Shown piece after piece: positions 47,941 through 58,803 of a stretch of DNA of 64,000 nt (its first letter is position 1; every line of letters starts with the position of its first letter). A program made the translations under genes and the position numbers. Location: assembly GCF_004010195.1 (NCBI RefSeq), contig NC_057755.1, positions 9,215,306 to 9,279,305 on the forward strand, given 5' to 3'. Under the pieces are notes generated by a model, which worked only from the letters and a program-made list of their open reading frames with translations, made no database searches and was not told where the DNA came from. Source of the stretch: Chiloscyllium plagiosum (lineage: Eukaryota).

Positions 47941-49798
47941 AAAATATCATGGTAACATTACTGTGAAGAGAATTTTGAAGTTAACAAACCTGCACTACAC
48001 TAATAGCACAGACCCGACGTTTGATATGAGAATTTGAGATCTAAGACAGAAATTAGAGGACATAAGAAATACTCTGAATTTGTTTAAATCAGTGTTGAGA
48101 CCTGAATGCAGTAAAGTGCCTCAGCAAAAAAAGAAACTCAACTGTATCCATAGCTTTGGTCCAGATTTACCAGAAAATGAGCTGTTCCTCAAACGTGCAA
48201 TGACCGCACATAGACATGCTATAGTGTCTAAAACAGCTCTCTTTCACAAAAAATGGAAGACATTTACGAATGAGGTGGTTATCATCCTTATATGGTACAA
48301 TTGATGACTGTCTGATTCCTATGCATAAATCCTGAAGGTGAATAGGTAGCATCTTTCATTTCACAATCAATATCGTTTCAGAATTAATCAATTTCTGATC
48401 TCTAAAATATTATGTTCTTCATAGAAACCTTGCGGATATTTAATTATTTTATTATATTGTTTTTATAATTTTGACCTGGAGCTATGAACTGCAAGCTGCG
48501 AGTTGAAAGATGAATTTGGGACAAGACTTGCAATACATTTATTTAAAAGAAGATGAAAATAATCAAGCTTCTGTTGAATGTGGTGACCAGATCTGGAAGT
48601 TAGGTGCACTTTGCCTCTTGATGGAAAGTGCCTTATCGATGTCTCGACTGCAGATGAAAGTTATGCACAAGCTGATTGCAGATGTTGAATGAAAACTGGC
48701 GCCTCGTGGAAAGACTGTCAGTCTGGCAGGGAGAGGTTGGAATTTTATCTGGTCTTTGGGTTCTGTTTAATGTGGAACGCTTCAACAGAGGTTTGGTGTC
48801 ATAGAATCATAGAGATGCGCACACTGGAAGAGACCTTTCGATCGCACTCGTCCATGTTGAACAGATCTCCAAAATTAAGCGAGTCCCATTTGCCAGCATT
48901 TGGTCTATATCCCATTGAAAATTTGCTTTTCATATGCCTGTTCAGATGTGTTTTAAACTTCGTAATTGTTTGAGCTGCCACCACTACCTACTTGCCCTCT
49001 TATCATGAAGATAATGAAAGTTCAGATAATACAATGCACAATTCTTTAGAATATTTTTCATATTTCTTGGAGGCTGTCTGCATGTATCAGTGTCATCAGA
49101 AACCAAGCTCAATGCAAGCCCATGTTGCTGTCATTCGTGTGGACCATAGAAACTGCTTATGGAAAGTGTCCAATCACATTCAATCTATTTTCTTCGCCTG
49201 ATGTATCGCTTAACTGCATTTAAGTGTCTGTCTACCTTCGCCTGAGTGATAGGGTGAGAGTTAAAGCGAGTTGAGTTAAATTTTAGGAATTACTTATTAT
49301 AACTTATTCGTTAATGTAGCCTTCATATGATTATTGTTCTGAGATAAAGTTACTGCGTGTTTTCTTGAGATTTAAAATCGTAATTGAATCTGGCGCAATG
49401 TATTTTAAGAGTCCAGTTAAGGAGTATTAGAATGCAGTGCAATGTGCATTGGATATTTTAATTCGATTGTGTTGCGGCTGCATGATTTGGCTATCAGTCT
49501 CCATTTCGTAATCTACTAAGAAGTTAACAGCTTTGATCACATTTTTCCATGGAATTGTTGAAAGCACTTCACGAGACGATTCAGGAAATAAATCAAATTT
49601 GAGTTACTCAGTACTGAGTATTCAGTGCTTTGTTGTTCAATAATGTAATTTCTAACACTTTAACATTTGTACAATTAAAAAAAATAGCACGGCACACGAG
49701 TTTCAATGGCAAAGCGTTTGAATGTTGCATCATAAAATTTTGCATATTTTTAGTATCTAAGCGATGCATTTTAAAACGATTGCCAATTTCACACGCAG

Positions 49799-50687
49799 CG
49801 AACCTGATGACAATAGTAATTCTCGCCATGGAAAACGGCGGCAGTTTTGAATGTTCTTCGAGCTATATCGTGGCCATGACAATAATAAATCCTATGATCA
49901 TGATCTTCGATGCAAATGTGCATCACGTTTTCGGTCAATACTTTACATATTCCTTCTTCTCTCACCCTGCTTTTGTCTGTTATTTAAGTCTATGAACTCA
50001 CTGCACATGTTTACCTTTGATCGATAGTAAGCTAGATGTTTTGAGAGGCTGAATACAAAGTATTGCAGAGTGAATACAACGGTTGCAGATGTAATGAGAA
50101 ATACTGCCTTGGTTTGACTGGAGAGCATATCCTTTTTGTGTGCATATGAACCTCAAATATTCACGGATCATTTACAGTGGGGTTGTTTCACCAAGTTGAA
50201 CGTTTTCACTTCAGCACTAGGTGTGCCTTGTTCCTGTTTACACAGAGCAGCATTTTAGTTCCTTGTTTTCCATTTCCTTTGGTACTCTTATATAATTGCT
50301 TGACTGTTAGACGTATTGTATTCACCAATAGATTTTCCAGGCCATCCGAGAACGTAATATTATGTGTCAAAGAGACTAAGAGATGTACAGTCATAAGATA
50401 CCTAAAATGCGAATCTTCACAATGTCAAACAGATTTATTGTTCTGTGGCTGACACAGCTGTAAACTTGTTATATATTAGGATAACAAACATCTCACATTT
50501 TCGAGTTGATTATGCAGCCCCAGGCCACATTGACACTGAGGTTAGCTACACACGCATGTATTTGAGCTCACATACACATGTGTGAATTGATGCAGCCAAA
50601 CAATGTAAATTCAGGAAAGAGGTGAAGAAAATATTGACGTCTCCTTGATCATACCTTCTGATGTTGTTTAATCGAAAGGAAAAGTGA
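49799..50687 (+). pseudogene. GPR139-like GPCR, copy 5, exon 2 pseudogene (copy-1 subtype)
   Basis: CGCAG|CGAAC acceptor, then ANLMTIVILAMENGG...YIVAM. TTTGATCGATAG is a DRY codon run with Y->stop. Also PCFPFPLVLLYNCLTVRRIV, DYAAP and KFRKEVKKIL. Multiple stops and frameshifts. Confidence 0.85.
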
Positions 50688-50789
50688 AAATAAAGGAATC
50701 TGTCACCTTATTTTCAGCTGCTTTAGAAAGTTAATGTTTGGAGAACTACCTCTGCAGCAATTTGCTTTCTTCATTTTCTTTTACTACAT

Positions 50790-51140
50790 GTGGAAGTAAC
50801 GGTCAAGTGGTATTAATGCTATAATGCGAATTCTTCGAATGTTCTGGGGATCCGGGTTCAAATCCACCCATAGAATACTGTGGAAATCATATTAAGTAAA
50901 TATGAGGAATCATACGTCTAAGCCAGAACACCATTTTCCATTGTCTGAAAACAAAAACTGAAGTCGTTCAATAACATCCTTAAGGAAATGAAACTAATCC
51001 ATTTCGTCGGTCTGGATTTTGTGTGAATGAAGAAACACAACAATGTGGTTGAAACTTAAATGCCACCTGGTCAATCTGGAATGACTAAGTATTGCTCACC
51101 TGACGAGTAATGCCCACACCCCTTCACTGAATAAAAGATT
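50790..51140 (+). mobile_element. SacSINE1/Deu-type tRNA-derived SINE (decayed)
   Basis: B box GGGTTCAAATCC; central CAATGTGGTTGA..CTTAAATGCC; tail GCCCACACCCC..GAATAAAA like the LINE tail at 34085-34115. Confidence 0.6.
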
Positions 51141-51999
51141 AAAATGCGACCACGCTTTAAAAGAATAATGGCAAATGTTCACTTGTGTCTTATGTTTCAT
51201 GAAAGATGTTATATGACGTACTTACATTAAATAGCATAAAATATTTATTTCATTGCGTGATCACAAGCAAATCATAGCTACCGACAGGTTAATGATTCTA
51301 CATAAATAGATCAACGCTGCCTGAATGCACTTTATTAGATCTCCCTGAAATATTACATGGTCTAGGGATCTCTGAGCAGATAAAAACGTGAGACATGCAC
51401 CTGAGGCAGTCTAGACGTTTAATGCAAAATTATGATGTCTGATAATCTGTAGAGATGAAAGTGAAATACAATTACGAGTTTAACATAACTACGACCGTTC
51501 TAATTTATATTTCATAGCTAAAGATCTGTGCTACTGAACAAAGCAGAATACTAATAATATATCGTTTCAAATCACTTTAAATACACTGGTACTGAGTAAT
51601 GTCAAAGGTTATTCATCATAAACAACATTTCATTATCATCAACTCTACCAAATCAATACGATTTGCAGGAAAGCAAGACTGAGTGACATCAAGTTGAAGG
51701 GACATACTTCCATGGCCAGTGATCCAGTTAGGTAAAGCCCCATCCGAAACTGAGTAATCAACTGTTGAAAGAGGGAAATGTACAGGAGAAGATGCAATCC
51801 TCAAACACCCGGAGCAGCAGTGCACACGAACCCTTGACGCAGCTCCACTGAAAGAGAGAATGGATTGCATGTGGTTCATGTGTGGATGGACTGATGTAGA
51901 TTCATTCTAGATTCCAAAAAAAAATTGAATGAGAAGAAACGTTTCGAGAGATGTGGGCCAAGTGCAGGCAAGTGCCAGGAATCCAAGTTTGATTCCAAG

Positions 52000-52275
52000 C
52001 TCGGCCGACCCTGTGTGTGGAATTTTCACATCCTCACTTGTCTGTGTGGTTTTCTTCAGGGTGCTCTGATTTCCTCTCACAATCCAAAGATGTGCAGATT
52101 AAATGAATTGGTCTTACTAAAACTGACCAAAATGTTCAGGATTCTGTAGGCTAGGCAAATTCCTTTGAGGAAATTTAGAGTAATGCAGTAGAGGAATCAG
52201 TCTGGGTGTGTTTTCTGCGGAGGGTCAGTGTTTGGCCAAATGGCCTCTTTCCACACTTTAGAGATTCTATGATTC
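52000..52275 (+). mobile_element. Older HE1-like SINE fragment
   Basis: CTGTGTGTGGAATTTTCACAT..; GGCCTCTTTCCACACT..ATTCTATGATTC. Confidence 0.65.
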
Positions 52276-55200
52276 GATGTGGACTAGTTTAACTTAGATA
52301 CATGGTGGCTAACGCATGTTTGGATCAAATGGCCTACTTCCTTTCTGTATGACTCCACAATGATTGTGCATCAGCTTTCAGAGAAAACCCAAATCCCAAA
52401 TGCAGAGAAAAAACAGTGATCAGGCTCCTGAGTTGAGGGAAAACAAAGCCGTGGTTACGTTTTATAAATAACTGCAGAAGGAAGTTTAAATATAAAGGGA
52501 GTTGATTCCTGTTGTGTGACTGAACGCCTCTACAAATCCAATCCCAAGAATTTTACTAATAATTCAAATCAGATTATTCACCGATATTTCAATGTTAACG
52601 ATTCTTCTTGTTGGAAACTGTGCAAATATAAACGTTGACTCGGCAAGAGAACTGAAGATGTCCAACAGTTAGCTTGTATTTTCATTCTCCACAGAAATGC
52701 ATGAACAATGCGGACACCACTGTTGGTCAGCAATGTTTTCTCAAGTTGTATTGTGAGGTGATGGCGAAGTGTTACTATTGTGGTATTATTATTCGAAACA
52801 TCCAAGTAGTGTTTTGGCGGACTGGAGTTCAAATCCCAACATGGTTTTACCTTTGTTCACAGATAAAGAGTAGCAATGGAAGCACAGAGAATAACAAAAA
52901 AAAAACATTGGAAATGATGGAAAAACTGAAGACATCCCTTCGTTGATTATTGTGGTGACACGTTAGTTTCCATTTACTTTGTCCATGCTCATGCATGAAC
53001 CATGCAGAGAGTCGAGTCAATTAGCAACATTTTCTCAAATTCCAAGAGGCAAATGGTGTTCCAGTGTTGTTTTGTCTGGATTATTCTTTCAAATACCCAG
53101 GCAATATTCTGCGTTCAAGTCCCATTAAGGCTTGAGCTGTTCTTCATCTTTATTGGTAGTCAAAGAGCAGTGATGGAAGCACAGAGCATGAACGGAATTA
53201 ACGGGTGAGACAATTATCATTAAAAATTTTCCTGTCCATCTCTAATGTCATTTCGCGTAATCACAGTCAGATATTAACCAAACCTTATGAATCTTTCTCT
53301 CCCAACATCAGAAAAAAAGAGCCTCAAATCCTTTGCTAAATTAAACAAATGCACATCTCCATCTCCACCTCTCGAGTCGGCAACATGGTAAAATTTAGGA
53401 ATAAGTCAAAACTCATAGGTGTTCACGCTCCATCGATATATTCTGTATCTGTGGCCTCCGTCCACTTAACATGATGAAAGAGCAGCACTCTGAATGCTTG
53501 TGATTTTAAGGAGATCTGTTGGGCTGTAACTTAGAGTTGTCTGAATTTTACTTTGCCCGCCCAGTGCAACAATGAAATCTCCACATTATTTAGGACTCTG
53601 AATATCTTACAATGCCATCACAAATTGCAACACCATCTCAGTAGGATTGTAGAACTGTGCTCCTGACTCACTTCATAGACTCTTCTATTATTTAAGTTCC
53701 TGTCTCTAAATGTACTGTAAATGGTTTGTCTCCAATTTTCCTTTCTAAACAAATTTAACTTCATTAATAACTCTGCAGAAAATTGCATGAATCACAAGAG
53801 ATTCCAGTTCAAATCAACTTCCTTTTTCCCGATAAACTTTTATTCCACAGCTTCTCCACTTCGTTCGTTTGCTGTTCTTCACAGTTCTCAGAGAGTATAG
53901 AGGAGGTGATGGTACACTGGCAATTTACTCGATTGGTAATCCAGCAGACCAGGATAATGCGTGTGGGGGCATATGTTGACATCCTTTTGTCGCAGATTCT
54001 GTAGTTGCATTTTGATGAAAATCAGGTATAAACACCTGGCCGATTATTAATCATAAATAGCCAACAGTGGCTGGGCTTCCATTTCATCCCTGGTTTCTCT
54101 TGAAGTTGATGGTGCGCTGCCCTCTTGAGTCTCTGCAGTGAACCTGCTTTCCCACAATGCATTGAGGAAGGGAGATCCTAGATTGTGGCCTAAATAAATA
54201 TCACCACTGGTGATTAAATTAATCTAATTACCTGACACCATTTCGGGAAAGCTAAGTGTCATCCTTCCCTGGTTTGGCCTCAAGGTAATTCCAGACACAG
54301 CAATGTGATTGACAGTTTGCTGCCACTTTGAGTTAGTAATGGGATAGGCAATAGCGAAGATGCTGATTCCTTAACAAGGTTAACAAAGTTATGCTGTCCT
54401 TGGTATTTTTTTAAACACAGTTCATAAAAGCAGCATGGCTGAGTGGTCTAGCTGGATGAGTTTTAGGGCCAGTTTGATTATTGTTAATAAAAACTGCCTT
54501 AGAAAAAAAAGTTAAAGTTAAAAAAAAATCTTGTAATAGAAAAGGCAAGTTGTCAGTTTTGCCAGATTACCATTCCTCTGGAATGTTGTTGTTTAGCAAG
54601 CTTCTATATTTTCAGTTTGCTTGTCGAAGAAACAGCCACATGGAAGAAGCTTTTCTATGCTGAGTATTTCTATAATTTCTCTCTCTGCTGTAACAACTTG
54701 TCTTTGATTTTACTTTTTTTTGTCTGTTAATGCAGACTATTGAAGGAATTTGCAACAGCATCATTAAATTGGAATAACAGTTTGAGTTTTGGGATAGATT
54801 AAGTTAATCTGTATTCTGTTCTTCTTTTATGTGTTTCATTTGGAAATCTTGAAAATAAATTCAGCTTTTTGTAAAACGAAGTGGTTGGGCCAGCTATATC
54901 ACTCCTGGAATATGCATTTCGTATCTGCTTAAAACAGTTAGCAAAGCTAGTTTCTGAGCTATCTTCTTGAAATATTTTGAGGGGCTCTGGCCTGATACAT
55001 AACAGATTGGTGGCTCTTTGCGGGAGTTGTTCAATAATTCCAAACTGGATTAGGAATGTTGGACTCAAAAGCTGCGAGTGGCATCTGTTGGTGTCTTTTG
55101 CTCTGTGTGTTGATTTCAGTCATTTTAAACAGTGCTTGAGATACCATTGGCTCTCTCAGTAACTGGCAGTTTTCTGGGAATGGAAAAAGTGATTTTGGAA

Positions 55201-55728
55201 ATTTAATAAATGGTGATTAAGGGACAGCTGCAGGAATGAACAGACAAGCTGGCAAACCTTCCATGAAGAAAGGAGACATAATTACAAGAATAGCTCAGTG
55301 ATTAAATTTGACAGAATGCCATCAGAAACCTTGTGCGCAAGTCTAAAATTCAATCAGAAATGATGCAGCCTGAGGTAGCGACAAAAATGAAGGAATGGTC
55401 AACAGAAACGAAACGCTACAAATAACGACTTATAAATAACAGTAGAAAGAGAAGGAGAAGGATACGTGAAATACCAGGCTAGTGAGGAAAGGAAGAGAGG
55501 GCGTCTGAACTTTTAAAAATTGGCAGTTTGACAGGGCAGTCAGCTTCGAAGAATGGAGATTAAAGCCGAAGGTAATCATCGTGAGGAAGCGATTGACGAT
55601 GAGCAAGCCCATGGTAGATAAGGGCCTGGTGAGAAACACTTTAAATATATACAAGCATTGCCTACATTTGTCTGGAGTGTTGTGGAAGTTTTCTTCATCT
55701 TATTTGTTAAGGTGGCTGAAAAGGATGT

Positions 55729-55993
55729 GCTTACAAATGTGTTGCTGGAAAAGCGCAGCAGGTCAGGCAGCATCAAAGGAACAGAAGAATCGACGTTTCG
55801 GGCATAAGCCCTTCTTCAGGAATGCGGAGGAGGAGAGCTTCTTCCATGAAGGCACCCTTGCAAGAGGATTCGCAGTAGGTTATGCCCGAAGCGTCGATTC
55901 TCCTGTTCCTTTGATGCTGCCTGACCTGCTGCGCTTTTCCAGCAACACATTTTTAAGCTCTGATCTCCAGCATCTGCAGTCCTCACTTTCTCC
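55729..55993. mobile_element. Penelope-derived inverted pLTR insertion with target-site duplication CTGAAAAGGATGT
   Basis: About 80-nt inverted arms (55729-55808 and 55879-55958); direct repeat at 55716-55728 and 55993-56005. Confidence 0.85.
55792..55819 (-). ncRNA. Minimal hammerhead ribozyme motif (Penelope-associated)
   Basis: Reverse complement CTGAAGA-A-GGGC-TTAT-GCCC-GAAAC-GTC: CUGANGA core, stem II, GAAA, GUC triplet. Confidence 0.7.
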
Positions 55994-57652
55994 TGAAAAG
56001 GATGTACTGTCAAGTTACCATGTAGGTTTTGTTGATACAAGCAAAACCTTTAGGTAAAGTTAGTGACGTATTTTTATCACTATCAGAGAAAGTATCTGCA
56101 TCACTGTCAGATGAGGTCTGTGCAGAGTATGAGGTAGTGAAGAAATCCGTATGAGTGTGTGCCAGAAGTCTCCAGACAATGTGTCAGGAATCTGACGAGG
56201 GATCCTGGTCATACCTGGACATTGAAAGAATTAAACAAAGTAATTTTGATTAGTGGATAAGGGCATTTAACAATAGAGCAAATGTATGACGGTCAACAGA
56301 GACAATTAGCTTGAAGGAGTTCAAAAATCACTTCCCGTGGAAGCGCAGTGAGTTGAAACGGCAAGGTTAGCAGTTGAAAAGGCTAATTATTATGTATTGT
56401 TCCATACATCAAAGATTAATTTCCAAAACCGTTTTCACTCCGTGAGTGATGGAAATGCTGGAAAAAAGGAATTCTAATTCTGGAAGGGAAAGTTGGCTCT
56501 CGGTAAAGGTCATAAGGATAATTTACCACAGGGTAAAAAGGAACTCCTTGAAGTGGAAAGAGAAGTAAGAAAAAATACTCCACTGCAATGAAGTCGGCTA
56601 CGTGAAATCACAATTTTGCTATGTGAGAAAAAGCACCGTGAAGACAGATGTAAGAAAGTAATATAAACCAGGAAACATTTTGGACTAGTAATGTAAAGCT
56701 CAGTGAAGGTTAGACAGCTGCAAAAAATGCACAAGCAGGTTGAGCGTCGATTGAGGCGTAAGTCCCATATCTTCTTAAACCATATACGTGCGAAGGTAGA
56801 GTTTACTCACGTAGTTTGTAGAGGAGTTGGTATATTTGTTTCAGTTGGTACATACTAACCTCACAGACAGGAACACATCAAGGATCAACATTTACACCAA
56901 GATGATTCAAGGAACTTATGGACAGCTTAGAAATAAAAGCATCCAAATATCCTGCTTACCATCCAAAGTCACAGGGTGCGCTAGAAAGGTGGCATCGGAC
57001 AATGCAGACCAATTTAAGGATTATAGTCAAAATTATCCCAGGATTCGAATACGAAACTTCCTTCAGTACATTGTGCGATCGGAGATGCTACAATTGAATC
57101 GACGAAATTCAATCTGTTTGAATTCGTTTTGGGGCATGAAGTAAGAGGACCATTAAAATTGATTGATGAGAAATTGGTGAGTTATAATTCAGGGACCACA
57201 CATTTGGCCTACGTGTCAAAATTTCGTGAGCAGTTCAATCGAGCGGGGCAGCTGACTAGACAGCATTCAGAAGCGTCAGAGCATACAATGAAGCAGGAAA
57301 CAGACAAAAAGTGCAAAACTCGCAATTTTGATCTTGGAAGTATGGTATTAATATTATTTTCAGTCAAAGATGAACTTTTAAAAGCAACAGCTATTGAAGT
57401 TCATCAAGTCGGAAGGGAATTCAATGAGATAAACTATTTAATGAGGACTCCAGACCAAAAGAAATCTCACCGACTGTGCCATGTGATAATGATCAAAAAG
57501 TAATTTGATAGCGAATGAAAGCTAATTGTGACTTTATCATGTTTGCAACAAGAAGGAAAGAACCAAGTTGATAGGATTCTTAATTTGAAATTCCTCAAAT
57601 TAAATTGGACAATGAGGACGTTGTCGAAAATTGAGATAAATTATTCAGTTAC

Positions 57653-58803
57653 ATAGAACATAGAACAATACAGCGCAGAACAGGCGCTTCAGCCCTCGAT
57701 TTTGGGCCGACCCATGAACTATTCTCAGCTCGTCCCCTGACACTATCTCATCATCATCCATGTGCTTATTAAAGGATTGTTTAAATCTCCCTAATATGGC
57801 TGAGTTAACTACTTTAGCAGGCAAAGCATTCCATGCCCTTATAACTCTCTGAGTAATGAACCTGCCTCTGACATTTGTCATAAATCTATCGCACCTCAAT
57901 TTGTCGTTTTGCCCCCACGTGCTGGCTGACGTCATCATCGTAGGAAAAAGACTTTCACTGTCTACCCTATCCAATCCTCTGATCGTCTTGTATGCCTCTA
58001 TCAAATCCTCTCTTAACCTTCTTCTTTGCAATGAGAACATACACTACTCTCTCAGCCTTTCGTCCAAAGACCTTCCCTCCAGACCAGGCAACATCCTCGT
58101 AAATCTCCTCAGCAACTTTTCCACTGTTTACCCATCGTTACCGAAATATGGCGACCAGAACTGTTCATAATATTCCAAGTGTGGCCGGACTAGCGTTTGG
58201 TATAATTGCAGCATAATATTGCGACTCCGGAACGCATTCCCTCCGCAAATGAAACCTAACACACTGTATGCCCTCTTAACAGTGGTATCAACCTGAGTGG
58301 CAACTTTCAGGGATCTATGTCCATGAACTCCAAGATCTCTGCACATTCACGTCAACAAGAATCTTTCCATTGACCCAGTTCTCTGCCTTCCTGTTATTCT
58401 TCCCAAAGTGCATCTCCTCACATTTAGCTGCATTGATCTCCTTTTGCCACCTCTCAGCCAAATCCTGTAGATTAACTGAGCCCCCCTACAATCTGTAACA
58501 TTCTTGCAAACTGTCCACTACTCCACCGACTTTAGTGTCATCTGCAAATGTACTAATCCATCCACCTATACGTGCCTCTAAGTTATTTATAAAAATGACA
58601 AGTAGTGGTCCCAGAACAGATCCTTGTGCCATTCTACAGGTAACCGGAGTCCAGGCTTGATATTTTCCATCAACCACCACTCACTGCTTTCTTTCAGAAA
58701 AAACGCTTTCTAATCTAAACTGCAAAATTACTCTCAACACCATGCCTCTACATTTTCTCCAACAGCCTACCATGTGAAACCTTATCAAACGCTTTACTGA
58801 AAT
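57653..58803 (-). mobile_element. CR1 3' fragment inserted in the second Gmr1-like element
   Basis: Minus-strand QGSVLGPLL..STFADDTKVGG; LVRPHLEY; RGRFITQRVIRAWNALP; (ATAGAAC)n tail. Absent from unit 1 at about 25768. Confidence 0.9.

Noticed and set aside
55581..56057. 158-aa ORF
   Set aside because: Chimera of decayed gag sequence and the Penelope hairpin insertion.
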